In this document: positions 36,901-50,698 of the stretch, piece after piece
Layout of the letters: each line of letters begins with the position of its first letter
Position numbering within the stretch: the stretch's first letter is position 1
NCBI GenBank assembly: GCA_964016885.1
Contig: OZ024745.1
Span: 97,960,001-98,024,000 of the forward strand
DNA length: 64,000 nucleotides
Source: Eledone cirrhosa
Taxonomy: Eukaryota
Direction: 5' to 3'
The notes under the pieces: model-generated
Databases searched by the model: none
What the model saw: only the letters and a program-made list of their open reading frames with translations
What the model was told of the DNA's origin: nothing
Position numbers and translations under genes: made by a program

Positions 36901-39900
36901 CTAGTACTTGAGTAGAACTTACTTTATAGTGTGTGTAAGTGACCCCTTAGCCAGTAGTAGACTAGAACTAACTTTATAGTGTTTGAAAGTGACCTCTCAG
37001 CCAGTACTTGAGTAGAACTTGCTTTATAGTGTGTGGAAATGACCCCTCACCCAGTATTTGTGAAGACCCTACTTTATAGTGTGTGGAAGTGACCCCTGAG
37101 CCAATACTTCAGTAGAACATACTTTATAGTGTGTGGAAATGACCTCTCAGCAAATACTAGACAAGAACTCACTTTATAGAGTGTGGAAGTGTCCCCTCAG
37201 CTGGTACGAGACTAGAACTTACTTCATAGTGTGTGAAAGTGACCCGTCAGCTAGTACTTGAGTAGAACCTACTTTACAGTGTTTGAAAGTGACCTCTCAG
37301 CCAGTACTTGAGTAGAACTTACTTTATAGGGTGTGGAAATGACCCTCAGCCAGTACTTGAGTGAACTTAATTTATAGTGTGTGGAAGTGTCCCCTCATCG
37401 AGTACTGGAGTAAAACTTACTTCATAGTGTGTGGAAGTGATCCGTCACCTAGTACTTGAGTAGAACTTGCTTTATAATGTGTGGAAGTGACCCCTAAGCT
37501 ATTACCTGAGTAGATCCTACTTTATAGTGTGTTAAAGTGACCCCTCAGCTAGTACTAGACTAGGCCTTACTTTATAGTGTGTGGAAGTGATTCCTCACTT
37601 AGTAATTGAGTAGAACTTACTTTATAGTGTGTGGTAGTGATTACTCAGCTAGTACCTGAGAAGAACATACTTTATAGTGTGTGGGAATTACTCCTCAGCT
37701 AGTACTTGAGTAGAACTTACTTTATAGTGTGTGGAAGTGGTCTCTCAGGAAGTACTTGACTAGAACTTACTTTATAGTATATGGAAGCGACCCCTCAGCC
37801 ACTAATTCAGTAGAACTTACTTTATAGTGTGTGCCAGTGATCCTTCAGTTAGTACTTGACTAGAACTTACTTTACAGTGTGTGGAAGTGACCCCTCAGCT
37901 AGTACTTCTGTAGAACTTACTTTATAGTGTGTGGAAGTGATTCCTCAGCTAGTTCTTGACTAGAACTTACTTTATAGTCTGTGGAAGTGACACCTCAGCC
38001 AGTACTTGAGTAGAACTTTCTTTATAGTGTGTGGAAGTGACCCCTCAACTAGCACTTGAGTAGAACTAATTTATAGTGTGTGGAAGTGTCCCCTCGGCTA
38101 GTACTAGACAAGAACTTACATTATAGTGTGTGGAGGTGACCAATTAGCTAATACTTGAGTAGAACCTACTTTATAGTGTATGGAAGTGACCCCTAAACTA
38201 GTACTAGACTAGAACATACTTTATAATGTGTGGAAGTGATTCCTCAGCTAGTATTTGAGTAAAACGTACTTTATAGTGTGTGGAAGTGACCCCTTAGCCA
38301 GTACTGGACTAGAACTAACTTTATAATGTGTGGAAGTGATTCCTCAGCTAGTACTTGAGTAGAACTTGGTTTATAGTGTGTGGAAATGACCCCTCAGCCA
38401 GTATTTGTGAAGATCCTACTTTATAGTGTGTGGAAGTGACCCCTCAGCTTGTACTAGACTAGAACTTATTCATAGTGTGTGAAAGTGACCTCTCAGAGAG
38501 TACTTGAGTAGAACTTACTTTATAGTGTATGGAAATGTCCCCTCAGCCAGTACTTGAGTAGAACTTACTTTATAGTGTGTGGAATTGACACCCTCAGCCA
38601 GTACTTGAGTAGAACTTACTTTATAGTGTGTGGTAGTAACCCCTCAGCTAGTACAGGAGTAGAACTTACTTTATAGTGTGTGGAAGTGACCCCTCAGCTA
38701 GTACAGGAGTAGAACTTACTTTATAATTTGTGCAACTGAACCCTCAGCTCGTACTGGACAAGAACTTACTATATAGTGTGTGAAAGTGACCCCTCAGCCA
38801 ATACTTCAGTAGAACATACTTTATAGTGTGTGGAAATGACCCCTCAGCAAGTACTAGACAAGAACTCACTTTATAGAGTGTGGAAGTGTCCCCTCAGCTG
38901 GTACGAGACTAGAACCTACTTTATAGTGTTTGAAAGTGACCTCTCAGCCAGTACTTGAGTAGAACTTACTTTATAGGGTGTGGAAATCACCCTCAGCCAG
39001 TACTTGAGTGAACTTACTTTATAGTGTGTTGAAGTGTCTCCTCATAAAGTACTGGAGTAGAACTTACTTCATAGTGTGTGGAAGTGACCCCTCAGCTATT
39101 ACCTGAGTAGAACCTACTTTATAGTGTGTTAAAGTGACCCCTCAGCTTGTACTAGACTAGACCTTACTTTATAGTGTGTGGAAGTAATTCCTCACTTTGT
39201 AATTGAGTAGAACTTACTTTATAATGTGTGGTAGTGATTCCTCAGATATTACCTGAGAAGAACTTACTTTATAGTGTGTGGGAATTAGTCCTCAGCTAGT
39301 ACTTGAGTAGAACTTACTTTATAGTGTATGGAAGTGATCTCTCAACAAGTACTTGACTACAACTTGCTTTATTTTGTATGGAAGCGACCCCTCAGCCACT
39401 AATTTAGTAGAACTTACTTTATAGTGTGTGCCAGTGATCCTTCAAGTAGTACTTGACTAGAACTTACTTTACAGTGTGTGGAAGTGACCCCTCAGCTAGT
39501 ACTTCTGTAGAACTTACTTTATAGTGTGTGGAAGTGATTTCTCAGCTAGTTCTTGACTAGAACTTACTTTATAGTCTGTGGAAGTGACACCTCAGCTAGT
39601 ACTTGAGTAGAACTTTCTTTATAGTGTGTGGAAGTGACCCCTCAACTAGCACTTCAGTAGAACTTATTTATAGTATGTGGAAGTGTCCCCTCGGCTAGTA
39701 CTAGACTAGAACTTACTTCATAGTATGTGGTAGTGACCAATTAGTTAATACTTGAGTAGAACTTACTTTATAGTGTATGGAAGTGACCCCTCAGCTAGTA
39801 CTAGACTAGAACTTACTTTATAATGTGTGGAAGTGATTCCTCAGCTAGTATTTGAGTAAAACGTACTTTATAGTGTGTGGAAGTGATTCCTCAGCTTGTA

Positions 39901-42900
39901 CTTGAGTAGAACTTACTTTATAGTGTGTGTAAGTGACCCCTTAGCCAGTACTGGACTAGAACTAACTTTATAGTGTTTGAAAGAGACCTCTCAGCCAGTA
40001 CTTGAGTAGAACTTGGTTTATAGTGTGTGGAAATGACCCCTCAGCCAGTATTTGTGAAGATCCTACTTTATAGTGTGTGGAAGTGACCCCTCAGCTTGTA
40101 CTAGACTAGAACTTATTCATAGTGTGTGAAAGTGACCTCTCAGAGAGTACTTGAGTAGAACTTACTTTATAGTGTATGGAAATGTCCCCTCAGCCAGTAC
40201 TTGAGTAGAACTACTTCATAGTGTGTGGAAGTGACCTCTCAGCTAGTACCTAAGTAGAACTTACTTGATAGTGTGTGGAAGTGACCCCTCAGCTAGTACA
40301 GGAGTAGAACTTACTTTATAGTGTGTGGAAGTGATCCCTCAGCAAGTACAGGAGTAGAATTCACTTTATAATTTGTGCAACTGAACCCTCACTTTGTAAT
40401 TGAGTAGAACTTACTTTATAATGTGTGGTAGTGATTCCTCAGCTAGTACCTGAGAAGAACTTACTTTATAGTGTGTGGAAGTGATCTCTCAACAAGTACT
40501 TGACTACAACTTGCTTTATTGTGTATGGAATCGACCCCTCAGCCACTAATTTACTAGAACTTACTTTATAGTGTGTGCCAGTGATCCTTCAAGTAGTACT
40601 TGACTAGAACTTACTTTACAGTGTGTGGAAGTGACCCCTCAGCTAGTACTTGAGTAGAACTTTCTTTATAGTGCGTGGAAGTGACCCCTCAACTAGCACT
40701 TGAGTAGAACTTATTGATAGTGTGTGGAAGTGAGCCATTAGCTAATACTTGAGTAGAACTTACTTTATAGTGTGTGTAAGTGACCCCTTAGCCAGTACTA
40801 GACTAGAACTTACTTTATAGTGTTTGAATGTGACCTCAAAGCCAGTACTTGAGTAGAACTTGGTTTATAGTGTGTGGAAGTGACCCCTCAGCTAGTACAG
40901 GAGTAGAACTTACTCTATAATTTGTGCAAGTGAACCCTCAGCTCATACTAGACAAGAACTTACTTAATAGTGTGTGAAAGTGACCCCTCAGCCGATACTT
41001 CAGTAGAATATACTTTATAGTGTGTGGAAATGACCCCTCAGCAAGTACTAGACAAGAACTCACTTTATAGAGTGTGGAAGTGTCCCCTCAGCTGGTACGA
41101 GACTAGAACTTACTTTATAGTGTGTGAATGTGACCCGTCAGCTAGTACTTGAGTAGAACCTACTTTATAGTGTTTGAAAGTGACCTCTCAGCCAGTACTT
41201 GAGTAGAACTTACTTTATAGGGTGTGGAAATGACCCTCAGCCAGTACTTGAGTGAACTTACTTTATAGTGTGTGGAAGTGTCCCCTCATAGAATAATGGA
41301 GTAGAACTTACTTCATAGTGTGTGGAAGTGATCCGTCACCTAGTACTTGAGTAGAACTTACTTTAAAGTGTGTGGAAGTGACCCCCTCATCTAGTACCGG
41401 AGTAGAGCTTACTTTATAGTGTGTGCAACTGAACCCTCAGCTCGTACTAAAAAAGAACTTACTTTACAGTGTGTGGAAATGACCCCCTCAACCAGTACTT
41501 GAGTAGAACTTACTTTATAGTGTGTTGAAATGACCCTTCAGCCAGTACTTGTGTAGAATTTACTTTATATTGTGTGGGAGTGACACCCGAGGCAGTACTT
41601 GTGTAGAAATTACTTTATAGTGTGTGGAAGTGATCCCTCAGCTAGTACTTGGGTAGAAATTACTTTATAGTGTGTGGAAGTGATTCTTCAGCTAGTATTT
41701 GAGTAGAACTTACTTTATAGTGTGTGGAAGAGACTCCTCAGCTAGTACTTGTGTAGAACTTACTTTATATTGTGCGGAAATGACACCTCAGCTAGTACTA
41801 GACTAGAACCTACTTTATAGTATGTGGAAATGACACCTCAGCTAGTACTAGAATAGAACCTACTTTATAGTGTGGGGAATTGACCCTCAGCTAGTATCGG
41901 AGTAGAACTTACTTTATAGTGTGTGGAAGTGACCCCTCAGTTCGTACTAGAAGAGAACTTACTTTATAGTGTGTGGAAGTGTCCCCTCGGCTAGTCCTAG
42001 AAGAGAACTTACTTTATAGTGTGTGGAAGTGACCCCTCAGCCAATACTTGAGTAAAACTTACTTTATAGGGTGTAGAAGTGATTCCTCAGCAAGTACTTG
42101 ACTAGAACTTACTCTATAGTGTGTAGAAGTGACTCCTCAGCTAGTACCGGAGTAGAATTTACTTTATAGTGTGTGGAAGTGACCCTCAGCCCGTACCTGA
42201 GTAGAACTTACTTTATAGTGTGTGGAAGTGACTCCCTCAGCCACTACTTGAGTAGAACTTACTTTATAGTGTATGGAAGTGACCCCTCAGCTGGTACTAG
42301 ACTAGAGGTTACTTTATAATGTGTTAAAGTGACCCTCAGCTTATACTAGACTAGAACTTACATTATAGTGTGTGAAAGAGACCTCTCAGACAGTACTTGA
42401 GTAGAACTTACTTTATAGTGTGTGGAAATGTCCCCTCAGCCAGTACTTGAGTAGAATTTACTTTATAGTGTGTGGAAGTGACCCCTCAGCTAGTACTTGA
42501 GTAGAACCTACTTTATAGTGTGTGGAGTGACCCCTCAGCCAGTACTTGAGGAGAACTTACTTTATAGTGTGTGGAAGTGATCCCTCAGCAAGTACGTGAC
42601 TAGAACTTACTTTATAGTGTATAGAAGCGACCCTTCAGCCAGTACTTGAGTAGAACTTACTTTAAAGTGTGTGGCAGTGATCTTTCAGCTAGTACTTGTG
42701 TGGAACTTACTTTATAGTGTCTGGAAGAGACCCTTTAGCCAGTACTTGAGAAGGAATTACTTTATAGTGTGTGGAAGTGACACCTCAGCTAGTACCGGAG
42801 TAGAACTTACTTTATAGTGTGTGAAAGTGACCCCTCGCCCAGTACATGAGTAGAACCAACTTTATAGTGTGTGGGGTGATTCCTCAGCTATAATTTGAGT

Positions 42901-45900
42901 AGAACTTACTTTATAGTGTGTGGAAGTGACCCCTCAGATAGTATTTGAGTAGAACTTACTTTATAGTGTGTGGAAGTGACCCCCTCAGCTAGTACTAGAC
43001 TAGAACTTACTTTATAGTGTGTGGAAATGACCCCTCAGCCAGTACTTGTGTGAACACTCTTTATAGTATGTGTAAGTGACCCCTCAGCCAGTACTTGAGT
43101 AGAACTTACTTTACAGTGTGTGGAAGTGACCCGTCAGCTAGTACTTGAGTATAACTTACTTTTTAGTGTGTGGAAGTGATCCTTCGGCAAGTACTTGACT
43201 AGAACATATTTATAGTGTGTGGAAGCGACCCCTCAGCCAGTACTTGAGTAGAACTTACTTTATAGTGTGTGGAAGTGACACTCAGCCTGTGCTTGAGTAG
43301 AACCTACTTTATAGTGTGTAAAAGTGACCCCTTAGCTAGTACTGGAGTAGAACTTCCTTGATAGTGTATGGAAGTGACACCTCAGCTCGTACTAGACTAG
43401 AGGTTACTTTATAATGTGTTAAAGTGACCCCTCAGCTTATACTAGACTAGAACTTACTTTATGGTGTGTGGAAATGTCCCCTCAGTCAGTACTTGAGTAG
43501 AATTTACTTTATAGTGTGGAAGTGATCCCTCAGCAAGTACGTAACTAGAACTTACTTTATAGTGTATGGAAGCGACCCCTCAGCCAATAATTCAGGAGAA
43601 CTTAATTTATAGTGTGTGGAAGTGATCCTTCAGCTAGTACTTGATTAGAACTTACTTTATAGTGTCTAGAAGTGACCCCTCAGCTAGTACTTGTGTGGAA
43701 CTTACTTTATAGTGTGTGGAAGTGATTCTTCAGCTAGTTCTTGAGTAGAACTTACTTTATAGTGTGAGTAAGTGACCCCTCAGCTAGTACTTGAGTAGAA
43801 CTTACGTTATAGTGTGTGGAAGTGACCCTCAGCCAGTGCTTGTGTAGAACTTACTTCATAGTGTGTAAAAGTGACCCCTCAGCTAGTACTGGAGTAGAAC
43901 TTCCTTTATAATGTATGGAAGTGATCCCTCAGCTCGTACTAGACTAGAGGTTACTTTATAATGTGTTAAAGTGACCCCTCAGCTTATACTAGACTAGAAC
44001 TTACTTTATAGTGTGTGAAATTGACCTCTCAGACAGTTCTTGAGTAGAATTTACTTTATAGTGTGTGGAAGTGACCCCTCAGCTAGTACTTGAGTAGAAC
44101 CTACTTTATAGTGTGTGGAAATGACCCCCTCAGCCAGTACTTGAGGAGGACTTACTTTATAGTGTGTGGAAGAGACCCCTCAGCTAGTACCGGAGAAGAC
44201 GTTATTTATAATGTGTGCAAGTGACCCCTCAGCTCGTACTAGACAAGCTCTTACTTTATAGTGTGTGAAAGTAACCCCTCAGCCAGTACTAGAGAAGCTC
44301 TTACTTTATAGTGTGTGGAAGTGACCCCTCAACTAGTACTTGAGTAGGACTTACTTTATAGTGTGTGGAAATGACCATTCAGACAGTACTTGAGTAGAAC
44401 TTACTTTATAGTGTGTGGAAGTGATCCCTCAGCAATTCCTTGACTAGAACTTACTTTATAGTGTATGGAAGCGACCCCTCAGCCAGTAATTCAGTAGAAC
44501 TTACTTTATAGTGTGTGGCAGTGATCCTTCACCTAGTACTTGTCTAGAACTTACTTTATAGTGTGTGGAAGTGTCCCCTCAGATAGTACTTGTGTGGAAC
44601 TTACTTTATAATGTGTGGAGGTGATTCCTCAGCTAGTTCTTGACTAGAACTTTCTTTATAGTGCGGGGAATTGACCCCTCAGCCAGTACTTAAGTAGAAC
44701 TAACTTGATAGTGTGTGGAAATGACCCCTCAAATAGTACTTGAATAGAACTTGTTTATAGTGTGTGGAAGTGTCCCCTCGGCTAGTACTAGACTAGAACT
44801 TACTTTATAGTGTGTGGAAGTGACCCTTCAGCTAGTACTTGAGTAGAACTTACATTATAGTGTTTGGAATTAATTCCTCATCTAGTACTTGAGTAAGACT
44901 TACTTTATAGTGTATGGAAGTGACCCCTCAGCCAGTACTTGAGTAGAACTTACTTTATAGTGTCTGGAAGCGACCCTTTAGCCAGTACTTGAGTAGAACT
45001 TACTTCATAGTGTGTGGAAGTGACCCCTCAGCTAGTACCAGAGTTGAACTTACTTTATAGTGTGTGGAAGTGTCCCCTCAGCTCGTACTAGATTAGAACT
45101 TAATTTATAGTGTGTGAAAGTGATTCCTCAGCTAGTACTTCAGTAGAACTTACTTTATAGTATGTGGAAGTGACCCCTCAGCCAGTACTTCAGTAGAAAT
45201 TACTTTATAGTGTGCCGAAGCGTCCCCTGATCGAGTACTTGAATAGAACTTATTTATAGTGTGTGGAAGTGTCCCCTCGGCTAGTACTAGACTAGAACTT
45301 ACTTTATAGTGTGTGGAAGTAATCCCTCAGCCAGTACTTGAGTAAAACTTACTTTATAGTGTGTGGAAGTGATTCCTCAGCTAGTACTTGAGTAGAACTT
45401 ACTTTATAGTGTGTGCAAGTGACCCGCCAGCCAGTACTTGAGTGAACTTACTTTATAGTGTGTGGGATGATTCCTCAGCTATTACTTCAGGAGAACTTAC
45501 TTTATAGTGTGTGGTAGTGACCCCTCAGCCAGTACCTGACTAGAACTTACTTTATCGTGTGTGGAAATGACACCTCAACTAGTACTTGAGTAGAACTTAC
45601 TTTATACTGTGTGGCTGTGATCCCTCAGCTAATACTAGAGTAGAATTTATTTTATAGAGTGTGGAAGTGACCCCCTCAGCAAGTACTACTCTAGAACTTA
45701 CTTCATATTGTGTGGAAATGACCCCTCACCAAGTACTTGTGTACAACGTACTTTATAGAGTGTTGAAATGATCCCTCAGCAAGTACTAGACTAGAACTTA
45801 CTTTATAGTGTGTCGAAGCGTCCCCTCCTCGAGTACTTGAGTAGAACTTACTTCAGAGTGAACTTACTTCAGAGTGTGTGGAAGTGATCCTTCAGCTAGT

Positions 45901-48900
45901 ACTTGAGTAGAACTTATTTTATAGTGTGTGGAAGTGACCCCCTCTGCCAGTACTTGAGTAGAACTTACTTTATAGTGTGTGGAAGTGACCCCTCAGCTAG
46001 TACTTGAGTAAAACTTACTATATAGCGTGTGGAAGTTATCTCTCAGCAACTACCTGAGTAGAACCTACTTTATAGTGTGTGGAAGTGACACCTTAGCTAG
46101 TAATTGAGTAGAACTAAATTTTTAGTGTGGAATTGACCCTCAGCCAGTACTTAAGTAGAACTTACTTTATAGTGTGTGGAAGTGAACCCTCATCCAGTAC
46201 TTGAGTAGAACTTATTTTATAGTGTGTGGAAGTGAACGCTCAACTAGTACTTGAGTAGAACTTACTTTATAGTGTGTGGATGTGATCCCTCAGCTAGTAC
46301 TTGAGTTGAACTTACTTTATAGTGTGTGGAAGTGACCCCCTCAGCCAGTACTTGAGTAGAACTTACTTTATAGTGTGTGGAAGTGACCACTCAGCTAGTA
46401 CCGGAGTAGAACTTACTTTATAGTGTGTGCAATTCACCCTTCAGCTCGTACTAGACACGAACTTACTTTATAGTGTATGGAAATGACCCCCGCAGCCAGT
46501 ACTTGATTAGAACTTACTTTATAGTGTATTGAAATGGCCCTTCAGCCAGTATTTGAGTTGAACTTACTTTATAGTGAGTGGAAGTGACTCCTCAGCTAGT
46601 ACTTGCGTAGAACTTACTTTATAGTGTGTCGAAGCGTCCCCTTTTCGAGTACTTGAGTAGAACTTACTTCAGAGTGAACTTACTTCAGAGTGTGTGGCAG
46701 TGATCCTTCAGATAGTACTTGAGTAGAACTTACTTTATCGTGTGTGGAAGTCCCCCCTCAGCTACTACTAGACTAGAACCTATAGTGTGTGGAAATGTCC
46801 CCTCAACTAGTACTCGAGTAGAACTTATTTATATTGTCTGGAAGTCTCCCCTCAACTTGTACTAGAACTTACTTTATTGTGTGTGGAAGTGACCCTTCAG
46901 CTAGTACCTGAGTATAACTTACTTTATAGTGTGTGGAAGTGACCACTCAGCTAGTACTAGACTAGTTATTACCTCATGGTATGTGGAAGTGATTCCTCAG
47001 CTAGTACTTGAGTAGAACTTTCTTTATAGTGTGTGGTATTGAATCCTCAGCTAGTACTTGAGTAGAACTTACTTTATAGTGTGTGGATGTGACCCCTCAG
47101 CCAGTACTTGACTGAACTTACTTTATAGTGTGTGGAAGCGTCCCCTAATCGAGTACTTGAGTAGAACTTACTTCATAGTGTGTGGAAGTGATCCCGCTGC
47201 TAGTACATGAGTAGAACATACTTTATCGTGTGTGGAAGTGACCCGTCAGCTCGTAGTAGACTAGAACTTACTTTATAGTGTGTGAAAATGACCCCTCAAC
47301 TAGTACTAGACTAGAACTTACTTTATAGTGTGTGGAAGTGACCCCACAGCTAGTACTTGTGTACAACCTACTTTATAGTGTGTGGAAGTGACCCCTCAGC
47401 AAGTACTTGACTAGAACTTACTTTATAATGTGTGTATGTGACCCCTCAGCTCGTACTAGACAAGAACTTACTTTATAGTGTGTGGTAATGAGCCTTCAGC
47501 CAGTACTTGAGTAGAACTTACTTTATAGTGTGTGGAAGTGACCCCTCAGCTAGTACTTCAGTAGAACTTACTTTATAGTGTGTGGAAGTGATTCCTCAGC
47601 TAGAAATTGTCTAGAACTTACTTTATAGAATGTGGAAGTGACACCTCAGCTAATGCTTGAGTGGAACTTACTTTATATAATGTGTGGAAGTGAACCCTTA
47701 TCCAGTACTTGAGTAGAACTTATTTCATAGTGTGTGGAAGTAACCCCTCAACTAGTACTTGAGTAGAACTTACTTTATAGTGTGTGGATGTGATCCCTCA
47801 GCTATTACTAGAGTAGAACTTACTTTATAGTGTGTTGAAGTGAGCCCTCAGCTAGTACTAGTCTAGAACTTACTTTATTGTGTGTGGAAGTGACCCCTCA
47901 GCTAGTACCTGAGTAGAACTTACTTTATTGTGTGTGGAAGAGACCCCTCAGCTAGTACCTGAGTAGAACTTACTTTATAGTGTGTGGAAGTGACCCCTCA
48001 GCTAGTACCGGAGTAGAACTTCCTTTATCGTGTGTGGAAGTGACCCCTCAGCTCCTAGTAGACTAGAACTTACTTTATAGTGTGTGAAAGTGACCCCTCA
48101 ACTAGTACTTGAGTAGAACTTATTTATAGTGTGTGGAAATGTCCCCTCAGCTAGTACTAGACTAGAACTTACTTTATAATGTGTGGAAGTGACCCCTCAG
48201 CTAGTACTTGTGTAGAATCTACTTTATAGTGTGTGGAAGTGACCCCTCAGTCAGTACTTGAGTAGAACTTACTTTATAGCGTCTGGAAGCGACCCCTTAG
48301 CCAGTAACTGAGTAGAACTTACTTTATAGTGTGTGGAAGTGACCCCTCAGCTAGTACCGGAGTAGAACTTACTTTATAGTGTGTGGAAATGACCCCTCAG
48401 CTCGTACTGGACCTGAACTTACTTTATTGTGTGTGAAAGTGACCCCTCAGCCAGTACTTGAGTATAACTTACTTTATAGTGTGTGGGGTGCTTCCTCAGC
48501 TATTACTTGAGTAGAACTTACTTTATAGTGTGTGGAAGTGACCCCTCAGCCAGTACTACACAAGAACTTACTTTATAGTGTGTGGAAATGAGTCTTCAGC
48601 CAGTACTTGAGTAGAACTTACTTTATAGTGTGTGGAAGTCTCCCCTCAGCTAGTACTAGACTAGAACTTACTTTATTGTGTGTGGAATGAAGTCTCAGCT
48701 AGTACCTGAGTAGAACTTACTTTATAGTGTGTGGAAGTGACCACTCAGCTAGTACTAGACTAGAACTGACTTTATAGTATGTGGAAATGATTCCTCAGCT
48801 AGTACTAGAGTAGAACTTACTTTATAGTGTGTGGAAGTGATCCCTCTGCTAGTACATGAGTAGAACATACTTTATAGTGTGTGGAAGTGACCCCCTCAGC

Positions 48901-50633
48901 CAGTACTTGAGTAGAACTTACTTTATAATGTGTGGAAGTGATTCCTCAGCTTGTACTTGAGTAGAACTTACTTTATAGTGTGTGGAAGTGACCCCTCAGC
49001 CAGTACCTGAGTGAACTTACTTTATATTGTGTGTAAGTGACCCCTTAGCCAGTACTAGACTAGAACTTACTTTATAGTATTTGAAAGTGACCTCTCAGCC
49101 AGTACTTGAGTAGAACTTACTTTATTGTGTGTGGAAGTGACCCCTAAGCCAGTACTTGAGTAGAACTTACTTTATGGCGTCTGGAAGCGACCCCTTAGCC
49201 AGTACTTGAGTAGAACTTACTTTATAGCGTGTGGAATGACACCTCAGGCAGTACTTGTGTAGAACTTACTTTATAGTGTTTGGAAGTGACCCTCAGGCAA
49301 TACTTGAGTAGAACTTATTTATATTGTGTGGAAGTCTCCCCTCAGCTAGTACTAGACTAGAACTTACTTTATTGTGTGTGGAAGTGACTCCTCAGCTAGT
49401 ACCTGAGTAGAACTTACTTTATAGTGTGTGGAAGTAACCACTCAGCTAGTACTAGACTAGAACTTACTTTATAGTATGTGGAAGTGATTCCTCAGTTAGT
49501 ACGTGAGTAGAACTTACTTTATAGTGTGTGGTAGTGATTCCTCAGCTAGTACTTGAGTAGAACTTACTTTATAGTGTGTGGTAGTGACCCTCAGCCAGTA
49601 CTTGAGTAGAACTTACTTTATAGTGTGGAAATATCCCCTCAACTAGTACTTGAGTAGAACTTATTTATAGTGTGTGGAAGTGTCCCCTCAGCTAGTACTA
49701 GACTAGAACTTACTTTATAGTGTGTGGAAGTGACCCCCTCAGCTAGTACCTGAGTAGAACTTACTTTATAGAGTGTGGAAGTGACCCCTCAGCTCGTACT
49801 AGACTAGAACTTACTTTATCGTATGTGGAAGTGATTCCTCAGCTACTACTTGAGTAGAACGTACTTTATAGTGTGTGGAATTGACCCCTCAGCCAGTACT
49901 TAAGTGAACTTACTTTATAGTGTGTGTAAGTATCCCCTCGGCCAGTACTAGACTAGAACTTACTTTATAGTGTGTGTAAGTGACCCCTCAGCCAATACTA
50001 GACTAGAACTTACTTTATAGTGTGTGTAAGTGACCCCTCAGCCAATACTAGACTAGAACTTACTTTATAGTGTGTGGAAGTGACACCTCAGCTAGTACTT
50101 GAGTAGAACTTACTTTATAGTGTGTGGAATGACGTCTCAGCTAGTACTTGAGTAGAAATTACTTTATAGTGTGTGGAAATGACCCCTCAGCCAGTACTTT
50201 TGTAGAACTTACTTTATAGTGTGTGTAAGTGTCCCCTCAGTCAGTACTAGACTAGAACTAATTTTATAGTGTGAGGAAGTGACCCCTCAGCTATTACTTG
50301 TGTAGGACCTTCTTTATAGTGCGTGCAAATGACACTTCAGCTAGTACTTGAGTAGAACTCACTTTATCGTGTGTGCAAGTGACCCCTCAGCCAGTACTTG
50401 AGTAGAACTTACTTCATAGTGTGTGGAAGTGTCCCCCCTGCTAGTACTTTACTAGAACTTACTTTTTTGTGTGTGGAAGTGACACCTCAGCTAGTACTCG
50501 AATAGAACTTTCGTTATAGTGTGTAGAAGTGACCACTCAGGCAGTACCAGACTAGAACTTACTTTATGATGTCTGGAAGTGACACCTCAGCCTGTACTAG
50601 ACTAGAACTTACTTTATAGTGTGTGAAAAGTGA
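15988..50633. repeat. 50-bp satellite array (consensus TAGTGTGTGGAAGTGACCCCTCAGCTAGTACTTGAGTAGAACTTACTTTA), ~690 copies
   Basis: Uninterrupted ~34.6 kb of diverged 50-bp monomers, all in one orientation, with kb-scale internal duplications and no ORF in the supplied track. Confidence 0.99.
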
Positions 50634-50698
50634 AAATCCCTTGGATATGACCTGGGAGAAATATAATAAAATATTTGTTTCTTATACAGGCACAAGGC

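Noticed and set aside
15988-50633. CRISPR-like array next to reverse transcriptases
   Set aside because: The variable part of each unit is a point-mutated version of one consensus, not unique spacers. There are no cas-like ORFs, and the neighbouring RTs are ordinary eukaryotic non-LTR elements.
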